Shown here: positions 20,303 to 30,627 of the stretch, in pieces
How positions within the stretch are numbered: position 1 is the first letter of the stretch
Layout of the letters: the number at the start of each line of letters is the position of its first letter
Notes under the pieces: model-generated
What the model was told of the DNA's origin: nothing
Database searches by the model: none
The model's input: the letters and a program-made list of their open reading frames with translations, nothing else
NCBI GenBank assembly: GCA_965197905.1
Contig: CBDAOB010000005.1
Span: forward strand, 1,056,001 to 1,120,000
Direction: 5' to 3'
Length of the DNA stretch: 64,000 nucleotides
From: Candidatus Latescibacterota bacterium
GTDB lineage: Bacteria > Latescibacterota > UBA2968 > UBA8231
Position numbers and translations under genes: made by a program

Positions 20303-23293
20303 TTGAGCCGTTCTTTGATTTTTCGGGGCAGGTTCTTGCCAGTGGCCCTGGCAGGATGGATAGTGGGGGTGCAAGCCGAGGAACGAGTACTCATACCCGA
20401 GCTAGTGCCTTCGCGTCCCTTCCTGCGGCATGAGCGTCCGATTTACCGCAACTACGCCTTCCGGAACTTTGCCAATTACCCGAACCATTCCTCCCCTTAT
20501 ACTGATCAAGCTCGAGCGTACTACAGCTCAATGGCCAACTACCTCACTACTGGCTATTCGCTTTACGAGTGGAGCGAGACGCGCTTGCCCGGGCAACAGT
20601 ATGGCAGCAGCCTTTCCAAAGACATGCAAGCGGGTGCGGCAGCCTCGGGTCTGTGGATCCCCGTTTTCGACAGCATGGTCATGGGGCGCGACGGCTACGG
20701 TGGTTGGGGTTACAGTGCCATTGTCGGGGACGCGCTGATTGCGCGCTTCACACCATTGACCCTATCGATGGTGGATTTCAACGGCATCCGGATGGATCTG
20801 TCCATGCCGCACCTGCAGCTCACCCTTCTCGGCTCGCGCATTGAGCGGCCCAAGGCTTACCAGGAAACACCTTCCCAGTGGTCTGTCGAGAACACCCATT
20901 ACGCCGATGACAACACCGTACTCTTGGGCAGCAGGGTGCAAACGCAGATAGGCTCCCTGCTCTTGGGCCTGAACGGGGTCAACCTGCACGTGTACAGAAG
21001 CACCCAGCCCGGCAACAGCCTGAAGGGCGTTTTGCGTCCTGACCTGCCCCTGGTTAACTGGCTGATAGTGCGCTTTAAGGATGACTCGCCAACGGATGGC
21101 GCGGGCGGTCCGGTTGTCCAGGACGTTCAGCTTGTTGTCAACGGCACCGCGCGGCCCGATCTGCGACCCAGGGTTATCCGCCACCGGCAGGGCATTCCCA
21201 CCCAGGTGGGGAGCGTCTCCAGGGCGACGGGCGAATTCCGGCCGATCACCTATTACAGCTTCTCGGGTCGATACCAGAGCCAGCCGCTCTACTACCGCGG
21301 GCGGGACGAGGCCCCGAAATATGCGGACTATCTCTACCGCTTTGACTACGAGGAAGGCGACGAGGCAGTGCGCCAGGAGGTAGCCGACAACACCAATCTC
21401 CCGGGTCTGCTCGCCGATTACCTGGTGGAATCTCCGGACGAGATTCTGCACGCGGACGGGGACGAGCTCCTGATCTATATGTTTGAACTGACGTCGGAGC
21501 CTCACCTAGAATCGGTGGAGGTGGAGGCTCTTGTGGGCAATGATTACCGCGCGGAAGTGAGCTTTCTGACTGGTCAAAACGAGCGCGCCCGAGACTATCC
21601 TTCGATGTTCAGAACCACGTTCTACCAGACGGCGCTGCGGGCCGAGGGCAATGTTCAGGATCTGTCGAACCTGAAGCGGGTGCGCTTTTCGGTAGGGGAG
21701 CACACCGCCCTGTTCACCTACAGCGCCGATATGCATCTTGGCGTGGCCGGGCTTGAGATCAACGGCGAATACGCGCGCTCTGCACGTTATTCGCGCTATC
21801 CGGCGCAGCTGGACGGGGAGCCCATCTTCGATCAGGCAAGTCGATCGGTGGAGCACGGCTCGGCCTATTTCCTCAATGCTACCCGCTGGTTTGGACCGGC
21901 ACGAGCGGGCGGAGAGTACTTCTCCATGAATCCCGACTTCCAAACCGGGATGCGCAACTTTGTGGACATGGAGTCCGGATTGTGGGAAACCAACCTGGCG
22001 TCGATGGCCAACACCACCGTCTACTGGGACCTGGTGGAGGACAACGAAGACGGGGATCGCTATCCGGATTTCCGCATCGGAAATCTCTTGGGGATGCCCT
22101 TTGATAGTCAACACTACGATCCCGATGGGGTTTTCCCGGGGCAGGATGACGATGTTGATGGCTTTCCGGACACAAACCGTAATGGCAATACGACTCCCGA
22201 CTACGAAGAGCCGTTCCTCATGTACTACGTAGAACCGATCGACTACGTATATGGGCTCGACCGCAACAACAATGACCAACCGGATGTGCGCGAAGACGAT
22301 CTGGATTTCGACTACCCCTACGACCTCGACCAGCGCGGTTATCATCTCTTCGGGCTGATGGATTTGACCAGACACTGGTCGGTGGGTGTGGGGCGCTACG
22401 CGATCGAGCAGGTCGTGGGCGCCGGACGCAACAAATCTGTGTACGCGCAACTGAGCTACCGCCGGGAGGGGGTCGCCCGCCTCCGCCGGCTGTTCTTCGA
22501 GAACCACTTTCGCCGGGTAAAGGACGATATTGCGGACGAAGCCAGGCTAGTGGATGAGAACCCGAGACGGGACCGTCGGTTGGGCTACCGAGGTCCGGAA
22601 CCGGTGGCCACAGGGGAGATAGGTCCACCCATCTTTGGCAGCAGCTTGCGGCAGGATCCGCTGCTCTACCAGGACAGCTACGTGGGGGAATCTTATCTGG
22701 AAGCACGACTGCGGCCCTGGTCTACCCTACGTTTGGCACAGCAGCTGCGCTTGCGGCTCAACTGGCAGCAGAAGGGGCAGTTGCCAAGCGGTCTCGAGCA
22801 GCGTCAGCGGCGGATGGACTTCTGGACGGTGGTCAGTCAGGCGGAATTCACCTGGTACTGGGGGAAGCTGAGTCTGACGCCGCAAGTCAAGTTCATGCAC
22901 TTGCGTCTGGTGGACCAGCAAGCCGACCGGCTGGCCAACGGAGATTACACCAGCCGGGACCTGACGTCCGAGTTCCGGACGATTCCGATCCTGCGCTTAG
23001 AGTATCCGCTGATGAGCCGAACGATGCTCCAAGCGGGGTTACAGGGGTTGGGGCCGTTGCCGTACAAGGTTGAGGACCGCGTCCGCAGTCGCAACAGCTT
23101 TGAGCAGCACACCGCATTCTTTACACTGACCAACCGCAAGCGGTATTTTGGCTACGATCTCTACACCGCTATCGGGGTAACCAAAGACAAGAAGGAATTC
23201 GACGATCCCTTCCGGCAGGCCGATGAGTTTGATGTCTGGTCGTTTTTTATCCGGACGTTGATTGGCTTCACCGAGTACGGTCGCTTGATCTGA
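20303..23293 (+). CDS. Uncharacterised ~1000-aa exported protein, paralog family copy A1
   Basis: 996-aa ORF with a signal-peptide-like N-terminus; aligns end to end with four other copies in the window. The start codon is uncertain. Confidence 0.85.
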   Translation: MSRSLIFRGRFLPVALAGWIVGVQAEERVLIPELVPSRPFLRHERPIYRNYAFRNFANYPNHSSPYTDQARAYYSSMANYLTTGYSLYEWSETRLPGQQYGSSLSKDMQAGAAASGLWIPVFDSMVMGRDGYGGWGYSAIVGDALIARFTPLTLSMVDFNGIRMDLSMPHLQLTLLGSRIERPKAYQETPSQWSVENTHYADDNTVLLGSRVQTQIGSLLLGLNGVNLHVYRSTQPGNSLKGVLRPDLPLVNWLIVRFKDDSPTDGAGGPVVQDVQLVVNGTARPDLRPRVIRHRQGIPTQVGSVSRATGEFRPITYYSFSGRYQSQPLYYRGRDEAPKYADYLYRFDYEEGDEAVRQEVADNTNLPGLLADYLVESPDEILHADGDELLIYMFELTSEPHLESVEVEALVGNDYRAEVSFLTGQNERARDYPSMFRTTFYQTALRAEGNVQDLSNLKRVRFSVGEHTALFTYSADMHLGVAGLEINGEYARSARYSRYPAQLDGEPIFDQASRSVEHGSAYFLNATRWFGPARAGGEYFSMNPDFQTGMRNFVDMESGLWETNLASMANTTVYWDLVEDNEDGDRYPDFRIGNLLGMPFDSQHYDPDGVFPGQDDDVDGFPDTNRNGNTTPDYEEPFLMYYVEPIDYVYGLDRNNNDQPDVREDDLDFDYPYDLDQRGYHLFGLMDLTRHWSVGVGRYAIEQVVGAGRNKSVYAQLSYRREGVARLRRLFFENHFRRVKDDIADEARLVDENPRRDRRLGYRGPEPVATGEIGPPIFGSSLRQDPLLYQDSYVGESYLEARLRPWSTLRLAQQLRLRLNWQQKGQLPSGLEQRQRRMDFWTVVSQAEFTWYWGKLSLTPQVKFMHLRLVDQQADRLANGDYTSRDLTSEFRTIPILRLEYPLMSRTMLQAGLQGLGPLPYKVEDRVRSRNSFEQHTAFFTLTNRKRYFGYDLYTAIGVTKDKKEFDDPFRQADEFDVWSFFIRTLIGFTEYGRLI

Positions 23294-23519
23294 CCCAGCA
23301 GATCAAAAATATCTTGCCTGTTTGCGCCAGCCCGGGCAGCGTACTGAACCTGACCAGATCGCGGCCGTTGTCCTGTTTCTCTGTTCCCCCGGGCGGGCTG
23401 CATCAACGCCGCGAATCTCGTCGCAGACGGTGCTCTTTCTCTGAGCAATTGGACCCTATGGATCGATCCTGAAGTGCTGTTAGGCTTCGACGACGACATC
23501 AAACACTATTCAGGTACTC

Positions 23520-24242
23520 GTGACGAAATATTCGGCTTCTTTCAATGAGAACGGCTATTGCGTGGCCAGGGGGCTTTTCCCGCCACCCGAGATGGCTGCG
23601 CTAGAAGAAGAATTCGACCGCATTGTGCTACAGTGTGGCCCGGTGAACGAAAGCGGGATCGTAAGCACGAAAAACGTTCACCAATATTCTGGCCTCTGGA
23701 TGTCGCTGATTCTCGACCGCCGGCTACTGGATATCGTGGAGCAACTGATCGGCCCCGACGTCGTGCTCAACCATACGACCCTGTTTCAAAAGGAACGCAC
23801 GGACGCGGTAGGGCCTTTTCGCATGCACCAGGATTGGAGCTATCTATCGACCTTGAACGACACCATGATCGGGGCCATGATTCACGTCAGCGAGGCGACC
23901 GAGGAGATGGGCTGTCTGAGGGTTTATCCCGGTTCGCACAAGCGCGGTCGCATGGAGGACTCGTCAGCGGGAGATGAGTCGTTCCACGAGAAATTTCCGT
24001 TCGAGAACGTGACGGCGATTGCGTGCCAACCTGGGGATGTGGTTTTCTTTCACTACTTTACCGTGCATGGTTCCGTTTCGAATCAATCGGACAAGCCTCG
24101 CAAGGTAGTGTTCGTGCGGATGTTCTCCGGGAAGGACCGCAAGGAAGACATCTACAGATTCGCTGAGAATCTGGTGTTGCGGGGTTGGAACCACCATGCA
24201 TCGCCGGCTACGACGATGCGGGGGGTGCCGAAACCCCAGTAG
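23520..24242 (+). CDS. Phytanoyl-CoA dioxygenase (PhyH) family Fe(II)/2OG oxygenase
   Basis: F.ENGY, HQD (HxD), GCLRVYPGSH, PGDVVFFH...VHGS..N.S..PR. Confidence 0.9.
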   Translation: MTKYSASFNENGYCVARGLFPPPEMAALEEEFDRIVLQCGPVNESGIVSTKNVHQYSGLWMSLILDRRLLDIVEQLIGPDVVLNHTTLFQKERTDAVGPFRMHQDWSYLSTLNDTMIGAMIHVSEATEEMGCLRVYPGSHKRGRMEDSSAGDESFHEKFPFENVTAIACQPGDVVFFHYFTVHGSVSNQSDKPRKVVFVRMFSGKDRKEDIYRFAENLVLRGWNHHASPATTMRGVPKPQ

Positions 24243-24338
24243 GCGGCGCAAGGTTCGCTGTCCGCCCAATGAAACTAGCGTTGGCGGATTCGTTGAGACT
24301 CTGGCGCCACCCGACAGTCGCTGCCCGCGAGTGCCGGC

Positions 24339-25674
24339 TTACCCGAGGTCCAGCGGATCATCCAGTCGGGACTGCCAAGCGGCCAGGTTGGCGCGGAGCG
24401 CGGCGATGCGGTCGGCGTGGGCGGGGTCGCCCGAAAGATCGTTCAGTTCGGCGGGGTCCGCGTCCAGGTCGAACAGCTGCGTCCGGCGCGCGCCTTCGAC
24501 GAGGTATTCGATGAGCTTGAAGCGCTCATCTTTGACCGTGCGCATGTAGTCACCATAGGCGCAGTAGATCGAATCGCGGTGGGTGTCTGCGCCGCCGGTG
24601 AGCACGGGGACCAAGCTTCGGAACTCATTCTGCGCGGGAATGTCCGCGCCGGCCGCTTCCAGAAGCGTGGGAAAGAGATCGTGTTGGTAGCAGAGCGCAT
24701 CCGTCCGACGACCCGCCTGGATGCCCGGTCCACGGACGATCAGCGGCATGCGGATGCTGTGGTCGTAAACGTTCTGCTTGCCGAGCAGGCCGTGCTGGCC
24801 TACGCCCAGGCCGTGGTCGCCCGTGTGGATCACGATGGTGTTATCGGCGCGGCCGGACTTTTCGAGCGCATCGTGAATGCGGCCGATGCATTCGTCCATG
24901 TGGGTGACCATGCCGTAGTAGTCGGCGATGTGCTGGCGCACTTCGAATTCGGTACGGGGGTGCGCGGCGAGGTCTTCGTCGCGACCAGACCGCATGCCGT
25001 TGTCGAACGGGTGCTCGGTCATGAAATTCGGCGGCAGCGGCACGGAATCGGGATCGTAGGTGTAGCCCTCAGGAGGCGTGCGCGGATCGTGCGGCGCAGT
25101 GAAGGCCACATAAAGAAAAAAAGGCGCGTCGCCTTCATATTCGTTCAAAAAGCCGGCGCCGGCGCCGGCGAACATATCCGACGAGAACGCTTCGCCGATA
25201 TACATCTTGTCTTTGGGGTACACGCCCTCCGGATCGAAGTCGTAGGTGGGGACCGAGTCATGGCTGCTCATGCCGCCGAAGAAAATTTTGCCGGCGGAAT
25301 CAAAGCTGCGCACGTGCGACGCGCGTTGGTTGTGCCATTTCCCCGTGGCAAAGGTCCGGTAGCCGGCGCCTTGCAGAATCTGGCCGAGAGTCTGGTGCGG
25401 CTGATCGGTGGCCGTGCTGACGTCGCCCGGTGCGGCCCGGCGGCTTCCATATGATTCGTCGTATGGAAGAGCGTGGTGCCGGTATGCAGCATCGCACGGC
25501 TTGGCACGCAGACAGCGCCCTGAAGCGAACCAGATGATGCGCTCGCGTGAACGCGGTGCCCTGATCGCAGAGCCGGTCCAGGTGCGGAGTGCGGACGTTG
25601 GGATCACCGAGGCATCCGACCATGTCGTGGCGTTGGTCGTCTGCGAACGTGATCAAAATATTCGGGCGTGCCAT
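24339..25674 (-). pseudogene. Sulfatase (choline-sulfatase/arylsulfatase-like) with two frameshifts (~25532 and ~25435)
   Basis: Spread over three frames: MARPNILITFADDQR...TPHLDRL, then GAVCVPSRAMLHTG (CxPxR signature), then GYRTFATGKWHN...APHDP...DHG...GKQN. Confidence 0.8.
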
Positions 25675-25863
25675 GGAGCAGGCCTCCGGGTTCAGCCGAT
25701 TTTGGCGAGCACGGCCTTCATCTGTTCCAGGACCGCGCAGGGACGTTTCAGCTAGCCCACGGTACTGTCGGGCTTGCAGACGTGGTGGCAGTCCGATCCT
25801 CTGGAGACGCACAGGCTGTCTGCACAGTATGGGCGTGCCCTCGCGGGCGCCAACGCGCCAACA

Positions 25864-26688
25864 TCATCGCTCCGTCGGAAAGTGCTGCGCCGCGTGCTCC
25901 GCCATATCCTCCGTCCACTGGCTGTAGAACTCTCGAGTTGCCGCGTCGGGATGTCGCGCCAGACGTTCCGGCACCAACATCCAGTAGGTCAGAGGCGGGT
26001 TTGTCACATGGCTGTAGTAGGTATGCTGGGTACGGCGGCCGTGGGTGCAGGCGTCAACGCCGGTAACGCGGGCGTGGAAGATATCGATGTTGTAAAGGAT
26101 GCCGGTTCCCGCCTTGCCTCGAATGGGTACCTCCCGGTAGTTCGTCATCTGAGCGCGCGCCTCTTCCTTGGTTTGATAGCGGTGGCTGTCGGGCATCACG
26201 CAGAAGCAGGGGCAACAGTCGTGGACGTCCCACAGATAGTAAATGGCGCAAAGATAGGCGCATTCAAACGGAATTTCTTTACGGCGGTTCAGCGCAACCT
26301 TACGCCGATCTCGATGGAAATCCATGGCGCAGTCGCCGGCGTTCTCCGGGAGCGCCTCGCGGAAATCAAACTGAGCGAACCGAACGCCCTTCCCCAAGAT
26401 CGCCTCCACTAGCGGATAGGAACGAGGCGGTTGCACATGGCGATCCAGTTCCGGATGCTCCACCAGGATCTGGCCATGGCCGTGCATCTCGCCACCGATT
26501 CCCCATTTTCCGGGAATCTCGCGTTGGGAACGGTCGACAAATGCGTTGAGGGTGCTCACCTCCTCTTCGCTGAGGGCGTCTTCAATAACGACGTAGTTGT
26601 TCTCCTTGAAGAACTGCAGGATGTCGTCGTGCTGGTGGTGAAGAAAAGTGGAGGCTTCCAAAGAGTGCCGCTCCTTCAAAAGGTTCAA
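25864..26688 (-). CDS. PhyH-family Fe(II)/2OG oxygenase
   Basis: FFKENNYVVIEDAL, FHRD (HxD), PDSH and KAG...LY....FHA motifs. Confidence 0.8.
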   Translation of the reverse strand: MNLLKERHSLEASTFLHHQHDDILQFFKENNYVVIEDALSEEEVSTLNAFVDRSQREIPGKWGIGGEMHGHGQILVEHPELDRHVQPPRSYPLVEAILGKGVRFAQFDFREALPENAGDCAMDFHRDRRKVALNRRKEIPFECAYLCAIYYLWDVHDCCPCFCVMPDSHRYQTKEEARAQMTNYREVPIRGKAGTGILYNIDIFHARVTGVDACTHGRRTQHTYYSHVTNPPLTYWMLVPERLARHPDAATREFYSQWTEDMAEHAAQHFPTER

Positions 26689-26722
26689 GGTTCGTTTATG
26701 CGGACTATACGTACTGGCACCA

Positions 26723-26877
26723 TCAGACCCCGTCCCAGCGCATGGTTTGCAGCGGAAAGATATAGCCCTTCTCGTTAAACTGTTTTACCTGGGCCGGCGT
26801 CAATGTTTTGGGCGACTCACCCGCCGGAAAAAACGCAACTCCCGTTCCATATCCGGCAGGGCATCCGTCAATGCCAT
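26723..26877 (-). pseudogene. 5' remnant of a PhyH-family gene
   Basis: GGAGAAGGA RBS then ATG: MALTDALPDMERELRF(F), a frameshift in a T-run, then PAGESPKTLTPAQVKQFNEKGYIFPL and an early stop. 'LT..Q...F...GY..P' is the PhyH N-terminal motif. Confidence 0.6.
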
Positions 26878-26930
26878 ATCCTTCTCCCAATCTACTTATC
26901 TAAAGCATGGTCATAATTTAGTTATATTTT
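26853..26930. repeat. 78-bp direct repeat, copy 1
   Basis: 73/78 identical to 29398..29475 by manual alignment. Confidence 0.92.
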
Positions 26931-27021
26931 TTCGCAGTGGCGGAGAGTGTGCAGTGGCGTTCGCTGGCGCCGATTCTACGGGCTTCGCCTTGATGGCCGT
27001 CCTATCTACCATCCCGTTGTA

Positions 27022-27327
27022 TCACTTCAAGGATTGAACTTCTGAATGCGCTGCAAAGGTGGTCAGATCCACCTCGCGGATCACCGCCAACGTATCGACG
27101 GTGACCAGACCCTGTACCTGGCGCAGAACCCAATACTCGGCGAACGGTTGTTTGCCGTCGTAGGGAGTCCAGTCGACAACAGCCGTCCCGGTCCCCGGGT
27201 CCAGTGACACCGTCACCGCCACGGCGGGTGTCAGCTTAGGATCGAACGGGTTTTTGCGCGGCGTGTCATGGCATCCGACAACCGCCAAAGAGAAGGCCCC
27301 TATCAACGTCTGTATTATTCGATTCAT
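27022..27327 (-). pseudogene. Lipoprotein, apparently 3'-truncated (FN3-like start)
   Basis: Lipobox AVVGC followed by R.NPFDP; beta-strands 'VVDWTPY...FAEYWVLR' end abruptly. Confidence 0.5.
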
Positions 27328-27652
27328 AACAGAATTCCTGGATTGACAGATCTGAATAATACCATGCAAAGTGGGGGCCAACAACAAAAAAGCGTCCAGA
27401 GGAGCACGCTAAGCGCTTGAAGCGAAGTCAGTTACGGAGTTGAAAGAGAGTTATTAGCAGCGGGGAATTGCCATTGAGATAGTCCGCGATACCGGACTGC
27501 GGTCCTGCATCCCGTACTAGGGCTACTTGGAGACGGGGAATTTGGCCTTGATATGGGCTGGCTTATCAACAGGCTGGGCCACTCTGTCCGGCTGGCATTA
27601 AGCTCATGCTGGACCTTCGCCTATTGCCCCGTATCTTTTCAGGCAAAGGGAG

Positions 27653-28684
27653 ATGCATACCATGAAAGGTGTCGTGCTTTTGGGCGAGCGCAGATGTGAA
27701 GTCCGCGAGTTCCCCGATCCAGTTCCTGGTCCCGGACAAGTGAGAGTGAAGATGATGGCCACGGGTATCTGCGGTAGTGATATGAGGGCTTATCCCATCA
27801 CCAGGGAGCAGGCCAGGGAGAGGGGCAGCAGGATCCCAGGCCACGAACCGTGCGGAATTGCGGACCTCGTGGGCAGTGGCGTAAGAGACATCAAAGAAGG
27901 CGATAGGGTGACAGTGTACCATTATCTGGGGTGCGGCCGTTGCGCGGATTGCGCTGCGGGAGATCTGATGTGGTGCAGCCAGACCAGAGCCTACGGGGCG
28001 CATGTACAGGGGTCGCACGCCGATTTTATTATTGCTGACGAACGCAACTGTGTTCCGCTGCCAGACTCTCTCAGTTTCATCGATGGCGCGTTCATCGCCT
28101 GTCCTGGGGGAACTGCGTATTCCTCGATGCAGAAGCTCGAAGTCAAAGCGGGCGAAACAGTGGTGGTGTTCGGATTGGGTCCTGTTGGACTGAGCGGGGT
28201 TTTGCTGGCGAAGGCAAAGGGCTGCAGAGTAGTGGGCGTCGATATCGTCGATGATCGCGTGGCTCTGGCGAAACACGTAGGAGCCGATGCAGCGGTCAAC
28301 GCCCGCCGCGAGGACCCGGTCGAAGCCATAGGCGATTTCACCGGCGGAAAGGGAGCGACAGCAGCGTTCGAAGCGTCGGGAAGTTTCGAGGCTCGTGACA
28401 ATATCGGCGCCTGTCTTGGCCGCAGAGGCAGAGGTGTGCTCGTCGGTTCCGGCAGCGCGCACAGATTCTTGGATCCAAATCAGTTGAAAAGCAAACAGTT
28501 GACGTTGATGGGTTCGTTTGTGCTTCCCCTGTGGATGACCTGGGAGATGATAGACTTCCTCGACGGGCAACGGCTCTCTTTCGAAAGCGCCGTAACCCAT
28601 CGCTTTCCCCTGGAAAAGGCGGCCGTGGCCTACGAGACGTTTGCAGGAGGCAGGAGCGGAAAAGTCATATTCGAATCCCAGTGA
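27653..28684 (+). CDS. Zn-binding alcohol dehydrogenase (MDR family)
   Basis: GICGSD, PGHEPCG, structural Zn motif CGRCADCAAG....C, and GLGPVG. Confidence 0.92.
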   Translation: MHTMKGVVLLGERRCEVREFPDPVPGPGQVRVKMMATGICGSDMRAYPITREQARERGSRIPGHEPCGIADLVGSGVRDIKEGDRVTVYHYLGCGRCADCAAGDLMWCSQTRAYGAHVQGSHADFIIADERNCVPLPDSLSFIDGAFIACPGGTAYSSMQKLEVKAGETVVVFGLGPVGLSGVLLAKAKGCRVVGVDIVDDRVALAKHVGADAAVNARREDPVEAIGDFTGGKGATAAFEASGSFEARDNIGACLGRRGRGVLVGSGSAHRFLDPNQLKSKQLTLMGSFVLPLWMTWEMIDFLDGQRLSFESAVTHRFPLEKAAVAYETFAGGRSGKVIFESQ

Positions 28685-28754
28685 AAGGTCCGATGCTGCG
28701 GTTGGCACCCGATTGATGAATGCCATGACATGAAAGGGCAAGACGCTCTTGGAT

Positions 28755-29357
28755 TCAGTTGTTCGACAATAGTGCTTCCAGACCCTTGCCCACGAACCAA
28801 CCAAGAACTCCGGTTACTACCAGGATCACCCAGAGATATCGCCAGACTGTATTTCGCAGTCTGTTCCTCGTCAGGGCCCTGATATCTCGATCAATAACCC
28901 AGCGCTCCGTGCCAGCATCGTACTTACCCTTAAGAATCCAGCCGGCACCAGACTTCACAATCCTGTCAAAAGCGGGACCACCAAGCAGATAGGGACCTTT
29001 CGACGTGTAGGCATAAATGGGGAAAGGAGTGTTACCGCCAAATGCTTTGGCCACCTCCTCTATTAGATCGATGCCTTGCCGAGCATCATCCCGATTCGCA
29101 TCCAGTGAATCGGCAACCTCCCTGAGCCGAGTGGCCTCTGCGCTCACCTTGGATTCGATCTCTATCGCCTCGTCCACGGTGTCATAGAAATAGATGTCGC
29201 AGAGCAAAGCATCGGGCGGACCGTCCCTCCGAATGGCGTCGAGAACATCAACCGGCTTTTCGAAGGTGCGCACGGAGAAGTCTTCTCGGTGATCTGTCTC
29301 GAATTTTTCGCGGTTTGAGGGCAAATCGTCCACAAACCAGACGCGGTGTCTCTTCAT
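28755..29357 (-). CDS. Response-regulator receiver-like domain with a C-terminal transmembrane helix
   Basis: WFVDD, PDALLCDI, GIDLI, PIYAYTS and WILK match the REC fold; hydrophobic tail YLWVILVVTGVLGWFVG. Confidence 0.65.
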   Translation of the reverse strand: MKRHRVWFVDDLPSNREKFETDHREDFSVRTFEKPVDVLDAIRRDGPPDALLCDIYFYDTVDEAIEIESKVSAEATRLREVADSLDANRDDARQGIDLIEEVAKAFGGNTPFPIYAYTSKGPYLLGGPAFDRIVKSGAGWILKGKYDAGTERWVIDRDIRALTRNRLRNTVWRYLWVILVVTGVLGWFVGKGLEALLSNN

Positions 29358-29397
29358 GCTGGGTCCGGCTACTGGGCGCGAAGGCGCAGGCGACGCG

Positions 29398-29475
29398 CCG
29401 GCAGGGCATCCGTCAATTCCATATCCTTCTCCCAATCTACCTATCTAAAGCATGGTCACAATTCAATTATATTTT
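29398..29475. repeat. 78-bp direct repeat, copy 2
   Basis: 73/78 identical to 26853..26930. On the minus strand it carries an RBS and ATG GAA TTG ACG GAT GCC CTG CCG. Confidence 0.92.
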
Positions 29476-29602
29476 AACTATCAACGAAGCAGGCCCGTAC
29501 GGCAAAATGAGGTCAGGCGGTTTTGGGTTTGAGGACCGCCTGCATTTTGCTTAAATACCTATCTATCGAATTCCACCGCTGCGCGTCGAGGGAGATGAGA
29601 AC

Positions 29603-30457
29603 ATGGACGACAGAAAGATCGATGACAGAGACTGGTCGAGGCTGACCTTGGGGGAACGGATTCAACAGGTGGAGCTGGAAGGGTATCTGATCATCCCGGA
29701 TACGCTGTCCCCCGAACATATTGCGCGGATCAAGGAGCAGGCGGAACGATGGGAGACCGTCCCCCGCGATTACAGCGAATTTCAACGGGGCGCCACCAAC
29801 GTCGAGTTCAAAGGGGGAGTGGTAACCGATCTAATTGCTCATCCGCCCACCATCGAATTTCTGGAGGCCATATTCGGCGAGGAAATCGTATTTTTATACG
29901 CCGGGTACGATCGGTCCGAACCGGGTACGCCGGGCATCAGTCTGCACACTGATGGCCAACCATACGGATCGACCATCTTCGGCCTCAACGGGAGCTGCCC
30001 CTTCACCATTCGTGTGCTCTATTATCTGGACGACCTCACCCTCGATGTCTCGCCGTTTCGGGTCGTGCCGCGCTCACACCTGTGTATGCACGCCGACGCC
30101 AATCCATACAAGCGCTATACGTCTCATCCAGAAGAGGTCATTGTGCCATGTACCGCGGGTTCGGCGCTCTTCCTCAATCACCGCACCTTTCACGGCACCG
30201 GCCCCAACGTTGGAAATCATACCCGCTCCATGTTGTCGGCAGCCTACCGTCCCGCCTGGGCTGGTCCTATTTCTGAAGTGGAACCGTGGGATGAAACTGA
30301 CCTGGCGAATTTACCCGACAACGTCCGGCGTTTTTTTGTGGACCGCAGTACCCGGCATTGGGACTACGGCGTTCCCAACAAGCCGGCCAACATGATCAGT
30401 GATCCCCCGGGCTTGAGCCCCAGTCGTTGGCAGAAGGAAACGGCCGTAGCATTCTAG
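29603..30457 (+). CDS. PhyH-family Fe(II)/2OG oxygenase
   Basis: EGYLIIPD.L, LHTD (HxD), YLDDLT, VVPRSH and AGS.L....TFHG..PN...TR. Confidence 0.88.
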   Translation: MDDRKIDDRDWSRLTLGERIQQVELEGYLIIPDTLSPEHIARIKEQAERWETVPRDYSEFQRGATNVEFKGGVVTDLIAHPPTIEFLEAIFGEEIVFLYAGYDRSEPGTPGISLHTDGQPYGSTIFGLNGSCPFTIRVLYYLDDLTLDVSPFRVVPRSHLCMHADANPYKRYTSHPEEVIVPCTAGSALFLNHRTFHGTGPNVGNHTRSMLSAAYRPAWAGPISEVEPWDETDLANLPDNVRRFFVDRSTRHWDYGVPNKPANMISDPPGLSPSRWQKETAVAF

Positions 30458-30475
30458 CTCGGTGGATAGCTGCTT

Positions 30476-30619
30476 AAGGATCAGACCGACGAGGTGTCGG
30501 TCATCGCAAAGGAAAAGATGACACTCCCCAGCGGTCGTTATGTCGCCATCGATTCCGCTCACGGAGGCGTCGGCCGGCAGGTCTACCTGCTGGACATCGG
30601 GAGCCTCGGAAACGGGTAA
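30476..30619 (+). pseudogene. Remnant of a TolB-like/oligogalacturonate-lyase-like propeller gene (C-terminal end)
   Basis: Start-less frame KDQTDEVSVIAKEKMTLPSGRYVAIDSAHGGVGRQVYLLDI...stop; 'IDS.H.G.GRQ.YL.D' resembles the end of such proteins (recall only). Confidence 0.4.
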
Positions 30620-30627
30620 CAGGATCT

